DNA of 52,851 bases from a virus (IMGVR_UViG_3300043753_000018:1-52851), one strand, 5' to 3'. Positions 26,400 to 34,802 are shown, counted from the stretch's first letter. Numbers and translations are program-made. Notes: generated from the letters alone by a model not told the origin.

Positions 26400-27331
26400 T
26401 GAAGGCGACGACCGATCCCCGGTACGCGGAACTTCGCGCCGCCGTCAGCGACTTCATCAAGAAGCACGGGTTGCACCCGGACCCGGACACATACCTGGCG
26501 CACGGGTACGTGGACCTGTGCCTCCGGGGGTGGCCGACCGCGGCTGGCGCCCCCCTTCGGCTGGCGGCGGAGTGGGCGATCTGGACCTGGCTGGCCGATG
26601 ACGTCTTCGACCAGGAACTCCGCGATGCCTCTCTGAAGGACATCAACGAGTTCGTCCTGGCACTGCTGGACACCGCGACCGAGGCCGACCAACCAAGCAC
26701 TGTCGACCATCCGATCGTGCAGGCCCTGGCGGACCTGGTCCGCCAGACCCGCCAGGTGATGCCGGCCTACTGGTGGCGCCGGTATCACGAGCAGCTGGCC
26801 GCCTGGATCCACGCAGCATCCTCGAAGCTGACGCTGTTCCTGCGGACGGGCCACACTCCGACCCTTCGCGAGTACATGGGGGTCCGGCCGGCCGACGGCG
26901 GGATGCTGCTCGCCGCGATGTGGACCGAGCTGGCGGAGCAGTGCATCACGCCCGACTGGCGTAACCCCGCGGTCCAGGGCATGCTCAGCGCGTTCTCGAC
27001 GTGCGGATGCCTGGCCAACGACCTTGCGGCCACCGGCAGCCAGGACACGTTCACCGCGGTCTACGCCCTGGTCAACAGCGAGGCGATGACCGTGCTGGAG
27101 GCCCGGCAGCACGTGGCCACCCTGCTCCGGGCCGAGGAGAAGCGCTTCTGGTGGCTCTACACCTCGGTCCGGCGCGACTTCGACGAGGACCCGCAGCCCC
27201 CCGCGATCGGCGAACTGGTGATGAGCACGTCCCGGTTCGCGCTCATCATCGACCGTTTCCGCTGTGCACTGGCCGAGTGGACCGCGGGCAGCTCCCGGTA
27301 CGCGCCGCCGACGCAGCCCCAGGCGGTGTGA
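26399..27331 (+). CDS. Class I terpene synthase/cyclase-like protein
   Basis: DDVFD (DDxxD), YMGVRPADGG (pyrophosphate-sensor Arg region), degenerate NSE motif NDLAATGSQ, WTAGSSRY (WxxxxxRY); about 310 aa. Confidence 0.85.
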   Translation: MKATTDPRYAELRAAVSDFIKKHGLHPDPDTYLAHGYVDLCLRGWPTAAGAPLRLAAEWAIWTWLADDVFDQELRDASLKDINEFVLALLDTATEADQPSTVDHPIVQALADLVRQTRQVMPAYWWRRYHEQLAAWIHAASSKLTLFLRTGHTPTLREYMGVRPADGGMLLAAMWTELAEQCITPDWRNPAVQGMLSAFSTCGCLANDLAATGSQDTFTAVYALVNSEAMTVLEARQHVATLLRAEEKRFWWLYTSVRRDFDEDPQPPAIGELVMSTSRFALIIDRFRCALAEWTAGSSRYAPPTQPQAV

Positions 27332-27549
27332 TGATGCCCGACTCGACCTCGACGGCGATCGTCGTCAACGTGGCGCTCACCCCCGCTAAGGGCTACCAAC
27401 TGGAGATCGACGGGTCCGACGCCCATCCGTTCATCACGGAGGCGGACGCCACTGAGAACCTGCACGCAGTCGTCGATGACTGCGTGCGGGGGGCTCTGGG
27501 CTTCCCCTCGCGCGTGGCACTCGCAATCAACATCATCGAGACCCAGTGA
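27331..27549 (+). CDS. Hypothetical protein
   Basis: TGATG coupling to terpene synthase gene. Confidence 0.6.
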   Translation: MMPDSTSTAIVVNVALTPAKGYQLEIDGSDAHPFITEADATENLHAVVDDCVRGALGFPSRVALAINIIETQ

Positions 27550-27797
27550 TGACTCAGGCGCCTACGTTCGGCGCGAGCCTGGAGCGGTCGTACGACCCCG
27601 CCGGCCTGCTCCAGGACCTGGCCGTCATGCAGGACGCGATGGACGCGGTGAGGCGCGGCCCCGGCGGCCTGGAGGCGGTGCGGGAGCTGTTGATCCTGAC
27701 CACCCTCACCCGGCTGGTCATGCGCCGCCTCGTGCTCGCCTCACTGGCAACGGCGATGACGCGCCACGCCGAGGCGGTGAACCCGCCGACACGGTGA
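27546..27797 (+). CDS. Hypothetical protein
   Basis: GTGA overlap with previous ORF. Confidence 0.55.
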   Translation: MMTQAPTFGASLERSYDPAGLLQDLAVMQDAMDAVRRGPGGLEAVRELLILTTLTRLVMRRLVLASLATAMTRHAEAVNPPTR

Positions 27798-27929
27798 CCC
27801 CTGATCGGGCTGCCCGGGCCGTACGCCCCCTTCATCCCGGGCAGCCTGCTCCACCCGCTGGTGGAGCGGCCGTGCCGGGTGCTCGCCCACCGGCAGTGGG
27901 CGAGCACTGCGCAGCCGGCACGGCCACAA

Positions 27930-28169
27930 CTACTCCCAGAACAGCCGCAGGATCGGCACGTCGAGCGCGCGGGCGAGGGCGGTGAGGTCGTCCAGGGTGG
28001 GCGGGGCTTGGGCGAGCTCCCAGCGGCCGATGGTGCGCCGGTCGACGCCAGCCAGTTCGGCGAGGCGCTCTTGGCTGAGGCCGCGGTGCTGCCGGAGTCG
28101 CCGAATGCGGTCGCCGACATCGCGGCGCTGCTGGAGCTGGTGGTCGTCGGGGGTTCGGGTCGGCGGCAC
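27930..28169 (-). CDS. XRE-family HTH protein
   Basis: IRRLRQHRGLSQERLAELAGVDRRTIGRWE...LARALDV. Confidence 0.88.
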   Translation of the reverse strand: MPPTRTPDDHQLQQRRDVGDRIRRLRQHRGLSQERLAELAGVDRRTIGRWELAQAPPTLDDLTALARALDVPILRLFWE

Positions 28170-28225
28170 CCGATGACCGTCACCCGTTCATGATCAAAAG
28201 TCTGTACGTATAAGGCGTCACTTGA

Positions 28226-28241
28226 TCGAACCAAGGTTCGG
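28226..28241. promoter_or_regulatory. LexA (SOS) box-like site with adjacent -10 element TATAGT
   Basis: TCGAAC-CAAG-GTTCGG against the actinobacterial consensus TCGAAC-N4-GTTCGA, in an AT-rich intergenic region. Confidence 0.7.
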
Positions 28242-28294
28242 ATATAGTTCGAGCACCGCAGCAGTCCCGGGGGGACCGAGACCCGGAGCACACC

Positions 28295-28531
28295 CTGAGC
28301 ACCCCGCAGCACCCTGCCGACCAGCACCGCACCCCGGGCTGGAGTCTCGCCCAACCGTTCAATCGAGAAGCAGCAGCGAACGATCTCGTCGAAGCCTCCC
28401 GGCTGATCACCCAGCTCGCCAAGAGCGACGACGGAAGCCAGGCTCACGCGGTCGCCCTCCAAGAGGCATGCCGCATTTCGAGTCAGATCTCCGCACGCAT
28501 CACTCAGCATCTGCCACCGAGCGAGCAGTAG
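28295..28531 (+). CDS. Putative 78-aa SOS-controlled protein with CTG start
   Basis: GGAG 6 nt before CTG; open frame (M)STPQHPADQ...HLPPSEQ fills the gap; absent from ORF track. Confidence 0.45.
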   Translation: MSTPQHPADQHRTPGWSLAQPFNREAAANDLVEASRLITQLAKSDDGSQAHAVALQEACRISSQISARITQHLPPSEQ

Positions 28532-28549
28532 GGGCCCGCGGGGTCGAGG

Positions 28550-29530
28550 TCAGGTGCCCGCAGCTGCTTCTTGCTGCCCCCACCAGTACCCCAGCTGGGC
28601 CAGCGAGTTTGCGCCCGAGACGCGCTTGATCTCCGCGATCTGGGAATTCACCACGCGCGGGCTGATGTTGAGCGCCCGGGCGATGCCGGCCTGAGCGGTG
28701 CCAGCTACCAATAGCTGGATCACCTCACGCTGCTGCTCGGTCAGGATGGCATCGGAGGGCAGCTGGGCGCCTCGCCAGACGGACGCCCGGGCCCAGTCCC
28801 TGTCGAACAGCTGCGCAGCGTAGTGCACGACCCCTGGATCGTGCAGGATCAGCGCTCGGATCGGATCCGCGTCGGGAGCCGGTGGCGTGTGGTCGGTGAC
28901 GACGGCCGTGCGGCGGTCGACGATGATCGCGCGCAGGAACGACTCGTCCAGTGTGCGCACATGTGCCCCGGCTACTGTGACCCGCTGGACGTGCCCGGCC
29001 GTGGCCGCGTCTTGGCGTGCGGACATGCGGTAGAGCGTGCGCATCGCGACGCCGCGCTCCAGGGCGGCCAGGTCGCGAGAGAGCGCGAGCGCGAGGGTAT
29101 CTGCCGGCCGCGGTCCGCCAGGCTGAGCGGCGAGGATCTCTTGTGTGGCGCTGGCGACGAGCTCGGACAGTCTGGCGTTGATGGTGTCCAGGCCGGAGAT
29201 GTACTCGACGGCTCCGCGGACCAGCTGCGGCTCGGCGCGCTGGTAGGCGACGGCCAGGTGTCGGAGCCGCTCGGGGAGCGCGCTTGCCTCCGCCATTGCG
29301 GCGCCGATCTCGCGGTACATCCGCTCGCGCTTCTCGGTCAGGACCTCCAAGGGGTCCCGGGCGATGAACCTGTCGGTTGGGCCGTGGGGGTGAGGGAGTA
29401 CAAGCCCGTACGCGAGCAGCTCGGCGAGTGCTGGGCTGTCCAGGTCGGGCGCTGGCACCCGGTGCGCGAGCAGGGCGTAGAGCGACTCGGCCTCTGGGCT
29501 GAGGGTGGTCAGCTCGGGCGGTGTTGACAC
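28550..29530 (-). CDS. TrmB-like/PLD-like sensor domain plus LuxR HTH transcriptional regulator
   Basis: N-terminal HTH-like (ESLYALL...LLAYGLV); EILAAQP...RGVAMRTLY...AIIVDRRTAV...LFDRDWARA; C-terminal LTEQQREVIQLLVAG...IARALNIS. Confidence 0.85.
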   Translation of the reverse strand: MSTPPELTTLSPEAESLYALLAHRVPAPDLDSPALAELLAYGLVLPHPHGPTDRFIARDPLEVLTEKRERMYREIGAAMAEASALPERLRHLAVAYQRAEPQLVRGAVEYISGLDTINARLSELVASATQEILAAQPGGPRPADTLALALSRDLAALERGVAMRTLYRMSARQDAATAGHVQRVTVAGAHVRTLDESFLRAIIVDRRTAVVTDHTPPAPDADPIRALILHDPGVVHYAAQLFDRDWARASVWRGAQLPSDAILTEQQREVIQLLVAGTAQAGIARALNISPRVVNSQIAEIKRVSGANSLAQLGYWWGQQEAAAGT

Positions 29531-29550
29531 GTCGTCTCGGTGCCTCTCGC

Positions 29551-29578
29551 GCGAAGTATCGCAGTGCGAACTTTCGCA
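29551..29578. promoter_or_regulatory. Tandem imperfect palindromes between regulator and peptide gene (candidate operator)
   Basis: GCGAAGTATCGCA and TGCGAACTTTCGCA. Confidence 0.45.
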
Positions 29579-29692
29579 GGCTACGGCCCTTGATGACCCT
29601 CTGTCGAGATCGTCAGACTGGGTGTGCAGGCCCGGCCGCACTGGCCGCGGTATCTCCCCCAACGCGCCCAAGATCGGACACAGGAGGCCCAC

Positions 29693-29881
29693 ATGCGCCA
29701 CATGCGGAATGTGCTCGCAGCTCTCGCCCTGATCGCCGCCTGCTGGGCGGCCGTTGCAGCGGCCGTCGCGCCCGTCACTACCCAGGCGGACTCCGGCTGG
29801 AACGTCGTGCAGCCGTCCGATACGGGCTGGAACTCGGCGCCGGCCCCGACGATCCTCGTCTCGGACACCGGCTGGAACTAG
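29693..29881 (+). CDS. Secreted pre-peptide with three D(S/T)GWN repeats (candidate signalling peptide precursor)
   Basis: AGGAGG RBS; Sec-type signal (MRHMRNVLAALALIAACWAAVAAA), then ADSGWN, SDTGWN, SDTGWN-stop. Confidence 0.8.
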   Translation: MRHMRNVLAALALIAACWAAVAAAVAPVTTQADSGWNVVQPSDTGWNSAPAPTILVSDTGWN

Positions 29882-30170
29882 CAGGCACGTCCGGGCGCGG
29901 ACTCGTTCCGCTGACCGGGCCCAGAAACGCCCGTGGCAGTGCCCGCTCTACTCGGGCGCTGCCACGGGGGATCGAGGAGGCTGGGAGTTGCCTGTGTGGC
30001 AATCCTAGCCAGACCTCATTCCGTTCCGCGTCCGCCGTCTGGCGGGGCGGGATGGCCGCCAGGGTAGACGACCGGCCCCCTCTCACCCTGGCGGATCGGC
30101 GCCCCCAGCTGCTGCTCGTAGCTGGGGGCGCCGTCGTGTGCGCGTATGGACTGACCTGCGGAAACACCGT

Positions 30171-30467
30171 GATCATTTGGGGGTTTCACAGGAGACGATC
30201 TTGAGTGGGGAGACTGTGGTCGGACTGAGCGGGAGCGTAGGCGGAGCGTAGAGTCCGAGCGGCCATTAGGACTGCTCGGGCTCATGACCTGCCCAGATGT
30301 CCCATCCAGTGCAGGTTGGGGGCGCTCCTCGGGGCCGCTTCAAAGTTCCTGAACTTCATCATCGCTGAAGTCATCCGCCACCACGAGGCGATCGCCAGCG
30401 ATACCGAGACCAGCTGAAACGACTCAGGCTGACGGGCCGTCATCCTGATCTGTAGATCATTTGGGGG
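30171..30467. other. Putative attP region
   Basis: Largely non-coding, downstream of integrase; 13-bp direct repeat GATCATTTGGGGG at 30171 and 30455 resembles arm-type sites. Confidence 0.55.
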
Positions 30468-30490
30468 AGATTTCGGAGATCAACTCCGGA

Positions 30491-31768
30491 TCACTCCCAG
30501 ATGGTCTCCCAGCCGAGATTCCGCATCGCGCGCTGGAACGTCTCCTCCAACCCCTCCAGGCGACGCTCCCGCATCCGCGGAGTCGGCCGGCGGTAGACGC
30601 CCTTGATGCCATGGTACTTATGCCCCATCTGCTCGTGGGCCAACACCTCGGGCACCTCCAGCTCAGCCTGCAAGCTGTCGTGGAACCTGCGCAGGGTGCG
30701 CGCCGTCAGCCCCGGGAACAGCGGCTCCCACGCCTCGTGCGGTGGCCGGCCGCGGCCCCGCTCACGCTCCTCCCGGCCGTCGGCCGCCGGTCGCAGCGCG
30801 GTGTGCCACGTCGACCGCCACCACCACTTTCCCGTGGGAGTCGTGAACATCAGGTCGTGAGGAGACGTCGCCTTGCGCTCGTCGAGCAGCAGCGCGAGGA
30901 ACGGCGGTATGTCGATGTCCCGCGCGCTCTGCGGGTTCTTCGGGGCTTCGAGGCGCCGTACCGCCGTCCGCTTCCTCTCCTCGTTGTAGACGTAGTACTC
31001 GGCGAGCACGCCCTGGTCCTTGTCAACGCGCACGATGGGGCACTCGAACAGGGCGCCGTCGTGACGCTGCCGGCGGGTGAGGAGAGCGTTCGACTTCGCG
31101 AGGCCGATGCACTCCTCGTAGCGCATGCCGGTCCACGCCTCCGTGACGATCTTGAGCCCGTTCCACGGACCCAGGCGCCGCGCGACCTGGAGCACGACCT
31201 CCGGCGGTGGCAGCGCCTCGTCGTCGGCGTCCTGCTGCTGCGTCTGCGCCTGTTTGACGGTGGTGTGCAGACCGGTCAGCCGGCGGTTGTATAGCGGGTT
31301 GACCTGAAGCCGCTTCGCGTCGACCGCACCGGTAAGCATGTGGGACATCAGCCCGACCGCGCCGCGCACCGTGCTCTCCGCGTAGGTCTTGCTGCGGGCG
31401 CGCGCCCACGTCTCCACATCGAACCAGTTGAACTCGATCAGCTTGGTGTGCTTCCACTGCGGGAGGACGTGGTAGGTGAGCAGCTCGCGCCGGTTCATCG
31501 TCGTCCGACCGCGGGGTGAGTCTCCCTGGGCCTTCAGCCAGATCTCCGCCCACTCACCGAACGACGTGCGGGCCAGCTCCGGATCTACCCAGCGGCCGGC
31601 CCGAATCTGGGCCTCTTGCTCGTCGCCCCAGTCCTCCGCAGTGGTCTTGGTCGAGAAGCCAGGTTCCGAGCCCCAGGTGCCGTCTGGCTTTTTGTACCGG
31701 GCGCGCCACGTGTACTGCTTGGTCTGCCTGCCGTTTTTGACCTTGTAGACCTTCTCGGCGTAGGCCAT
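30491..31768 (-). CDS. int: Tyrosine integrase
   Basis: N-terminal arm-binding WRARYKKPDG...GF; TGMRYEE; RTLRR; QMGH...VY. Confidence 0.93.
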   Translation of the reverse strand: MAYAEKVYKVKNGRQTKQYTWRARYKKPDGTWGSEPGFSTKTTAEDWGDEQEAQIRAGRWVDPELARTSFGEWAEIWLKAQGDSPRGRTTMNRRELLTYHVLPQWKHTKLIEFNWFDVETWARARSKTYAESTVRGAVGLMSHMLTGAVDAKRLQVNPLYNRRLTGLHTTVKQAQTQQQDADDEALPPPEVVLQVARRLGPWNGLKIVTEAWTGMRYEECIGLAKSNALLTRRQRHDGALFECPIVRVDKDQGVLAEYYVYNEERKRTAVRRLEAPKNPQSARDIDIPPFLALLLDERKATSPHDLMFTTPTGKWWWRSTWHTALRPAADGREERERGRGRPPHEAWEPLFPGLTARTLRRFHDSLQAELEVPEVLAHEQMGHKYHGIKGVYRRPTPRMRERRLEGLEETFQRAMRNLGWETIWE

Positions 31769-31851
31769 GTGGTTCCTCCCCTTGCGCTTCCGCGTGACGG
31801 CGGCCGGGCCCGCGTGCCGCGGGACCCCGCCGTCATGGTGGCGCCGTGGTG

Positions 31852-32031
31852 CTACACGGCGGATGGCTGCTGAGTCTTCGGGTCCGACTGCGCGCTGACC
31901 ACCTGGGCGAGCCGCTCGACCTGCTCGTCGCTGAGCAGTGAGGACACCCAGAGAACCGGCTCGCATCCGGACTCTCTGTCGACGTAGGCAAGTCCGCCGT
32001 AGGGGATGTTCACAACCTGCTGTACCCGCAC
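31852..32031 (-). CDS. Small hypothetical protein between repressor and integrase
   Basis: 59-aa frame MRVQQVVNIPYGGLAYVDRE...; GAGGGG RBS; below ORF track cut-off. Confidence 0.5.
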   Translation of the reverse strand: MRVQQVVNIPYGGLAYVDRESGCEPVLWVSSLLSDEQVERLAQVVSAQSDPKTQQPSAV

Positions 32032-32167
32032 GGGGTACCCCCTCTTACCTGGTTGGGTGGCCCCCTCTCAGGTAGTGGTCATGCTGTCACACAGGCGTAC
32101 AGCCCCGCAGCTGATCGTGATCGTGTTGAAGGTAAAGCATTCAACTAGATGTCGACATGATCAGTCG

Positions 32168-32701
32168 TCAGTCTTCGTCGGAGAAGATGTCGCGAGCGGC
32201 TCGCTGCAGCTGCGCCCACTTCCGCAGACGGGCGCGCATCTGCTCTGGGCTCGCGTTCGGCTGCTTCCCTCGCTTGAGGATCAGCACTGCGACGCTGTCT
32301 GGATCGTCCGGCGCAAGGTCGATCACGTCGCCAGCGACGACCTGGCCACCCAGCAAGGCCAGCTTCACGTGCTCCGACAGGTCGTCAAGCAGGGTGTCGA
32401 CCTCAGGAGAGCCCTGGTTCGCCCCCTCCGCTGCCGGGGCAGGCGTGGGAGCCGCGCCAGCTTCGGAGAGAGTCGGCTCCTCGCCGGCCAGGACGGCCAC
32501 GATGGACTCCGCAGTCCACCCGAGTGCCTGCGCGATGCTCCGGTGGGATAGCTGTGGACGCGCGTAGCTGCGGCCGCGCTCAACCCCCTGCACCGCACTT
32601 CTGCCGAGGCCGGCGGCCTCGGCCAGCTCGATCTGCGACATGCCGATGGCCTGTCGTCGCTGCCGGATGGCTTCGCCGAGCCGCTCCCAGTCCTGCTCCA
32701 T
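32168..32701 (-). CDS. Immunity repressor (XRE HTH, no S24 peptidase domain)
   Basis: LGEAIRQRRQAIGMSQIELAEAAGLGRSAVQGVERG; divergent from Cro-like gene; upstream of int. Confidence 0.85.
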   Translation of the reverse strand: MEQDWERLGEAIRQRRQAIGMSQIELAEAAGLGRSAVQGVERGRSYARPQLSHRSIAQALGWTAESIVAVLAGEEPTLSEAGAAPTPAPAAEGANQGSPEVDTLLDDLSEHVKLALLGGQVVAGDVIDLAPDDPDSVAVLILKRGKQPNASPEQMRARLRKWAQLQRAARDIFSDED

Positions 32702-32913
32702 GAGCACATCATGCCCTACCTGCATGCAACCACGGCATACGGATCCAGCCCTTTTGGCCTGCGAAGCGAGCCTTCGAATGTGACCGCTGGGTTGCATGGG
32801 CTCAATCCGCGCCACGGAGAGCTCATAGAGAGAGCTCCATTCTGTAGGGAGTTCGTAGCCTCAGTGAGCTTCAGATGCTTGCAGAGTGAGCCTCGGCGTG
32901 CTTTGCTTCTCTC
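32702..32913. promoter_or_regulatory. Divergent lysis-lysogeny switch region
   Basis: Lower-GC intergenic region; recurring GTGAGC(C/T)TC and GAGAGCTC motifs; CATGCAACC/GGTTGCATG inverted pair. Confidence 0.6.
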
Positions 32914-33120
32914 GTGACACCGAACGGCACGGCGATCCGGAGCCTCCGAGAGGCTCGCGGAGTGAGCCTACGAACCCTTGCAGCTCGAACTGGTAGGGAT
33001 CGTGGCCATCTCTCGCGGGTGGAGCGGGGGCTCGCGGGTGCGAGCGAGGAGATGCTCCGCGAGATAGCGCGGGTCCTCGGGGTGCCGGTCGCCGCCATCA
33101 ACCGAGAGGAACTGCCGTGA
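32914..33120 (+). CDS. Cro-like XRE HTH protein
   Basis: IRSLREARGVSLRTLAARTGRDRGHLSRVERG. Confidence 0.88.
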   Translation: MTPNGTAIRSLREARGVSLRTLAARTGRDRGHLSRVERGLAGASEEMLREIARVLGVPVAAINREELP

Positions 33121-33377
33121 CCGCGAAGAAGGTCGCGCCGGCACTGCCGGACTGGCTCACCGCCGCTGACCGGCTCCGGCTCTACACGGCCGAGGAGGTG
33201 ATCGAGATGAAGTTGCTGACGCACACCCTGCGGACCCTGAAGGACGCGGCGTACGGCAGGCGCGTCCCGCACGTGAAGGTCGCCGGAAAGGTGCGCTTCC
33301 GCCTCGACCACGTCTGGCAGATCCAGCAGGCCGGTGAAGTCGACCCGGCCACCCGCGGGCGCCGCCGCGCCGCCTGA
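33117..33377 (+). CDS. Excisionase-like HTH protein
   Basis: LYTAEEV...RVPHVKVAGKVRF pattern. Confidence 0.75.
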   Translation: MTAKKVAPALPDWLTAADRLRLYTAEEVIEMKLLTHTLRTLKDAAYGRRVPHVKVAGKVRFRLDHVWQIQQAGEVDPATRGRRRAA

Positions 33378-33465
33378 TCCGCCCCCAGAACGTGGGCGGG
33401 CCGCCCCGCTGCACACGGGACGACCCAGGGCCCACCGATCAACCACCACAGAAGGAGGCAGACCC

Positions 33466-33822
33466 ATGTCTGACCCTACCGAACTCCAGTCCCAGTCCGA
33501 CGTGCTGCGCATGCTGGCTGACCTGACCGAGACCGCCATCAACGCCGGGGTGAGCATGACCCCTCTCTGGTCGGTGCCCGCGTCCTGCCTGGTCGTCGGC
33601 AGCCTCCAGTCGGAGACCGGCGAGGCGGTGCGGGCGCTGGAGCAGTGGCGCCACCTGCTCGGCGAGCACAGCGTCAGCAGCTACCGGTACGTCGACCCGC
33701 AGTACGGCCCGCGGCAGGTGTGGAAGGTCATGGCCCGGCCGGGCGGGGTGTCCGTGTGGCTGACGGCGAGCACGCCGGCCCGGGCGACCGCCCGTCGCGG
33801 GCTGACGGCGGTGGCCGCGTGA
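33466..33822 (+). CDS. Hypothetical protein
   Basis: AGGAGG RBS. Confidence 0.7.
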   Translation: MSDPTELQSQSDVLRMLADLTETAINAGVSMTPLWSVPASCLVVGSLQSETGEAVRALEQWRHLLGEHSVSSYRYVDPQYGPRQVWKVMARPGGVSVWLTASTPARATARRGLTAVAA

Positions 33823-33977
33823 GCCCCCTGGTGTGGTTGGACGCTGCCGCCGCGGTGTGGCTGGTGCTGCTCCTCGCGGCCGGCATCGAGGACCACATCG
33901 GCTGGGCCAAGCCCTTGTGCCCGTGCGGTTGTGGCCGCCCGTACGACAAGCACGTCACCCCGCGGAGGCTCTCGTGA
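33819..33977 (+). CDS. Small membrane protein with CPCGC motif
   Basis: GTGA overlap; TM segment. Confidence 0.5.
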   Translation: MSPLVWLDAAAAVWLVLLLAAGIEDHIGWAKPLCPCGCGRPYDKHVTPRRLS

Positions 33978-34120
33978 TCGCCGCTGTCCTGCTCGTCCTG
34001 CTGCTCGCCCCGCTGGTGGTCGTCACCGGCTACGGCCTCGCCCTGGCGGTCCGGATCGCCCCGGTTGTGGCCGCCGACATCGCCGCCTACCTCACCACCT
34101 GCACGAAGGAGCGCCGCTGA
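33974..34120 (+). CDS. Small hydrophobic protein
   Basis: GGAGG RBS; GTGA overlap. Confidence 0.5.
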   Translation: MIAAVLLVLLLAPLVVVTGYGLALAVRIAPVVAADIAAYLTTCTKERR

Positions 34121-34359
34121 TGAACGGCCCCCAGCACTACCGCGAGGCCGAGTGGCTGCTCGAAAGGGCGCACCACTTCACCTACGGCGATGGCGCGGAC
34201 CCGGTCGTCGGTGCCGCGCTGGCCGCCGAGGCGCAGGCGCACGCCACGCTGGCGCTCGCCGCCGCCACCGCGCTCGTGGACGAGACGCCGCGATCCGACT
34301 CATTCACCAACTACCGCTCGTGGCAGGCCGTCGCGGGCGCCGATGGGAGCAACCGATGA
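34120..34359 (+). CDS. Hypothetical protein
   Basis: MNGPQHYREAE...AQAHATLALAAATA, a common actinophage small-ORF pattern; AAGGAG RBS. Confidence 0.7.
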   Translation: MNGPQHYREAEWLLERAHHFTYGDGADPVVGAALAAEAQAHATLALAAATALVDETPRSDSFTNYRSWQAVAGADGSNR

Positions 34360-34802
34360 TGCCCGCGATCCCGTTCCTGCCGGCCTTCCTGCGTCGCCGG
34401 CCCGAGTCCGCGCCGTGGCAGCCGGGCAACCCGGCCCGGCTCGCCGAGGACCTGCGCGAGACGCAGGAGCACGGGGCGGACCTCGCCCGCCAGCTGACCG
34501 CCGCCCGGCAGTTCGCCGACATCGAGGCGGCGGCCCGGGCCGCCGCCGAGCGGCGCGCCGAGCAGGCCGAGGCCGCGCACAAGACCGCCGCCGAGGAGTT
34601 CACCATGGCGCACCGTGACCTGCGCGAGCTGACCGACGTGTGCGGCCGCCTGGAGACCGCGAACACCTGCCTGCAGTCCGAGATCACCGGCCTGCGCACC
34701 GCGAACGCTGGCCTCCAGAAGCAGTTGGCCAACGCCATGGGCTACGACGACGCCGCGCTGAACGCGATCGAGACCGGCACCGGCCAGCCCCGCAAGGCCT
34801 GA
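34356..34802 (+). CDS. Coiled-coil hypothetical protein
   Basis: ATGA overlap; heptad-like pattern. Confidence 0.65.
   Translation: MMPAIPFLPAFLRRRPESAPWQPGNPARLAEDLRETQEHGADLARQLTAARQFADIEAAARAAAERRAEQAEAAHKTAAEEFTMAHRDLRELTDVCGRLETANTCLQSEITGLRTANAGLQKQLANAMGYDDAALNAIETGTGQPRKA

Noticed and set aside
29693-29881. Repeated GWN peptide as a RiPP precursor
   Set aside because: No radical SAM, YcaO, lanthipeptide or other maturase is visible in the genome, and the leader is a Sec-type signal. Modification by a host enzyme cannot be excluded.
30280-30420. Short ORF fragments in the attP region
   Set aside because: No convincing start or RBS. They could be a host gene 3' end restored on integration, but this cannot be supported without a search.
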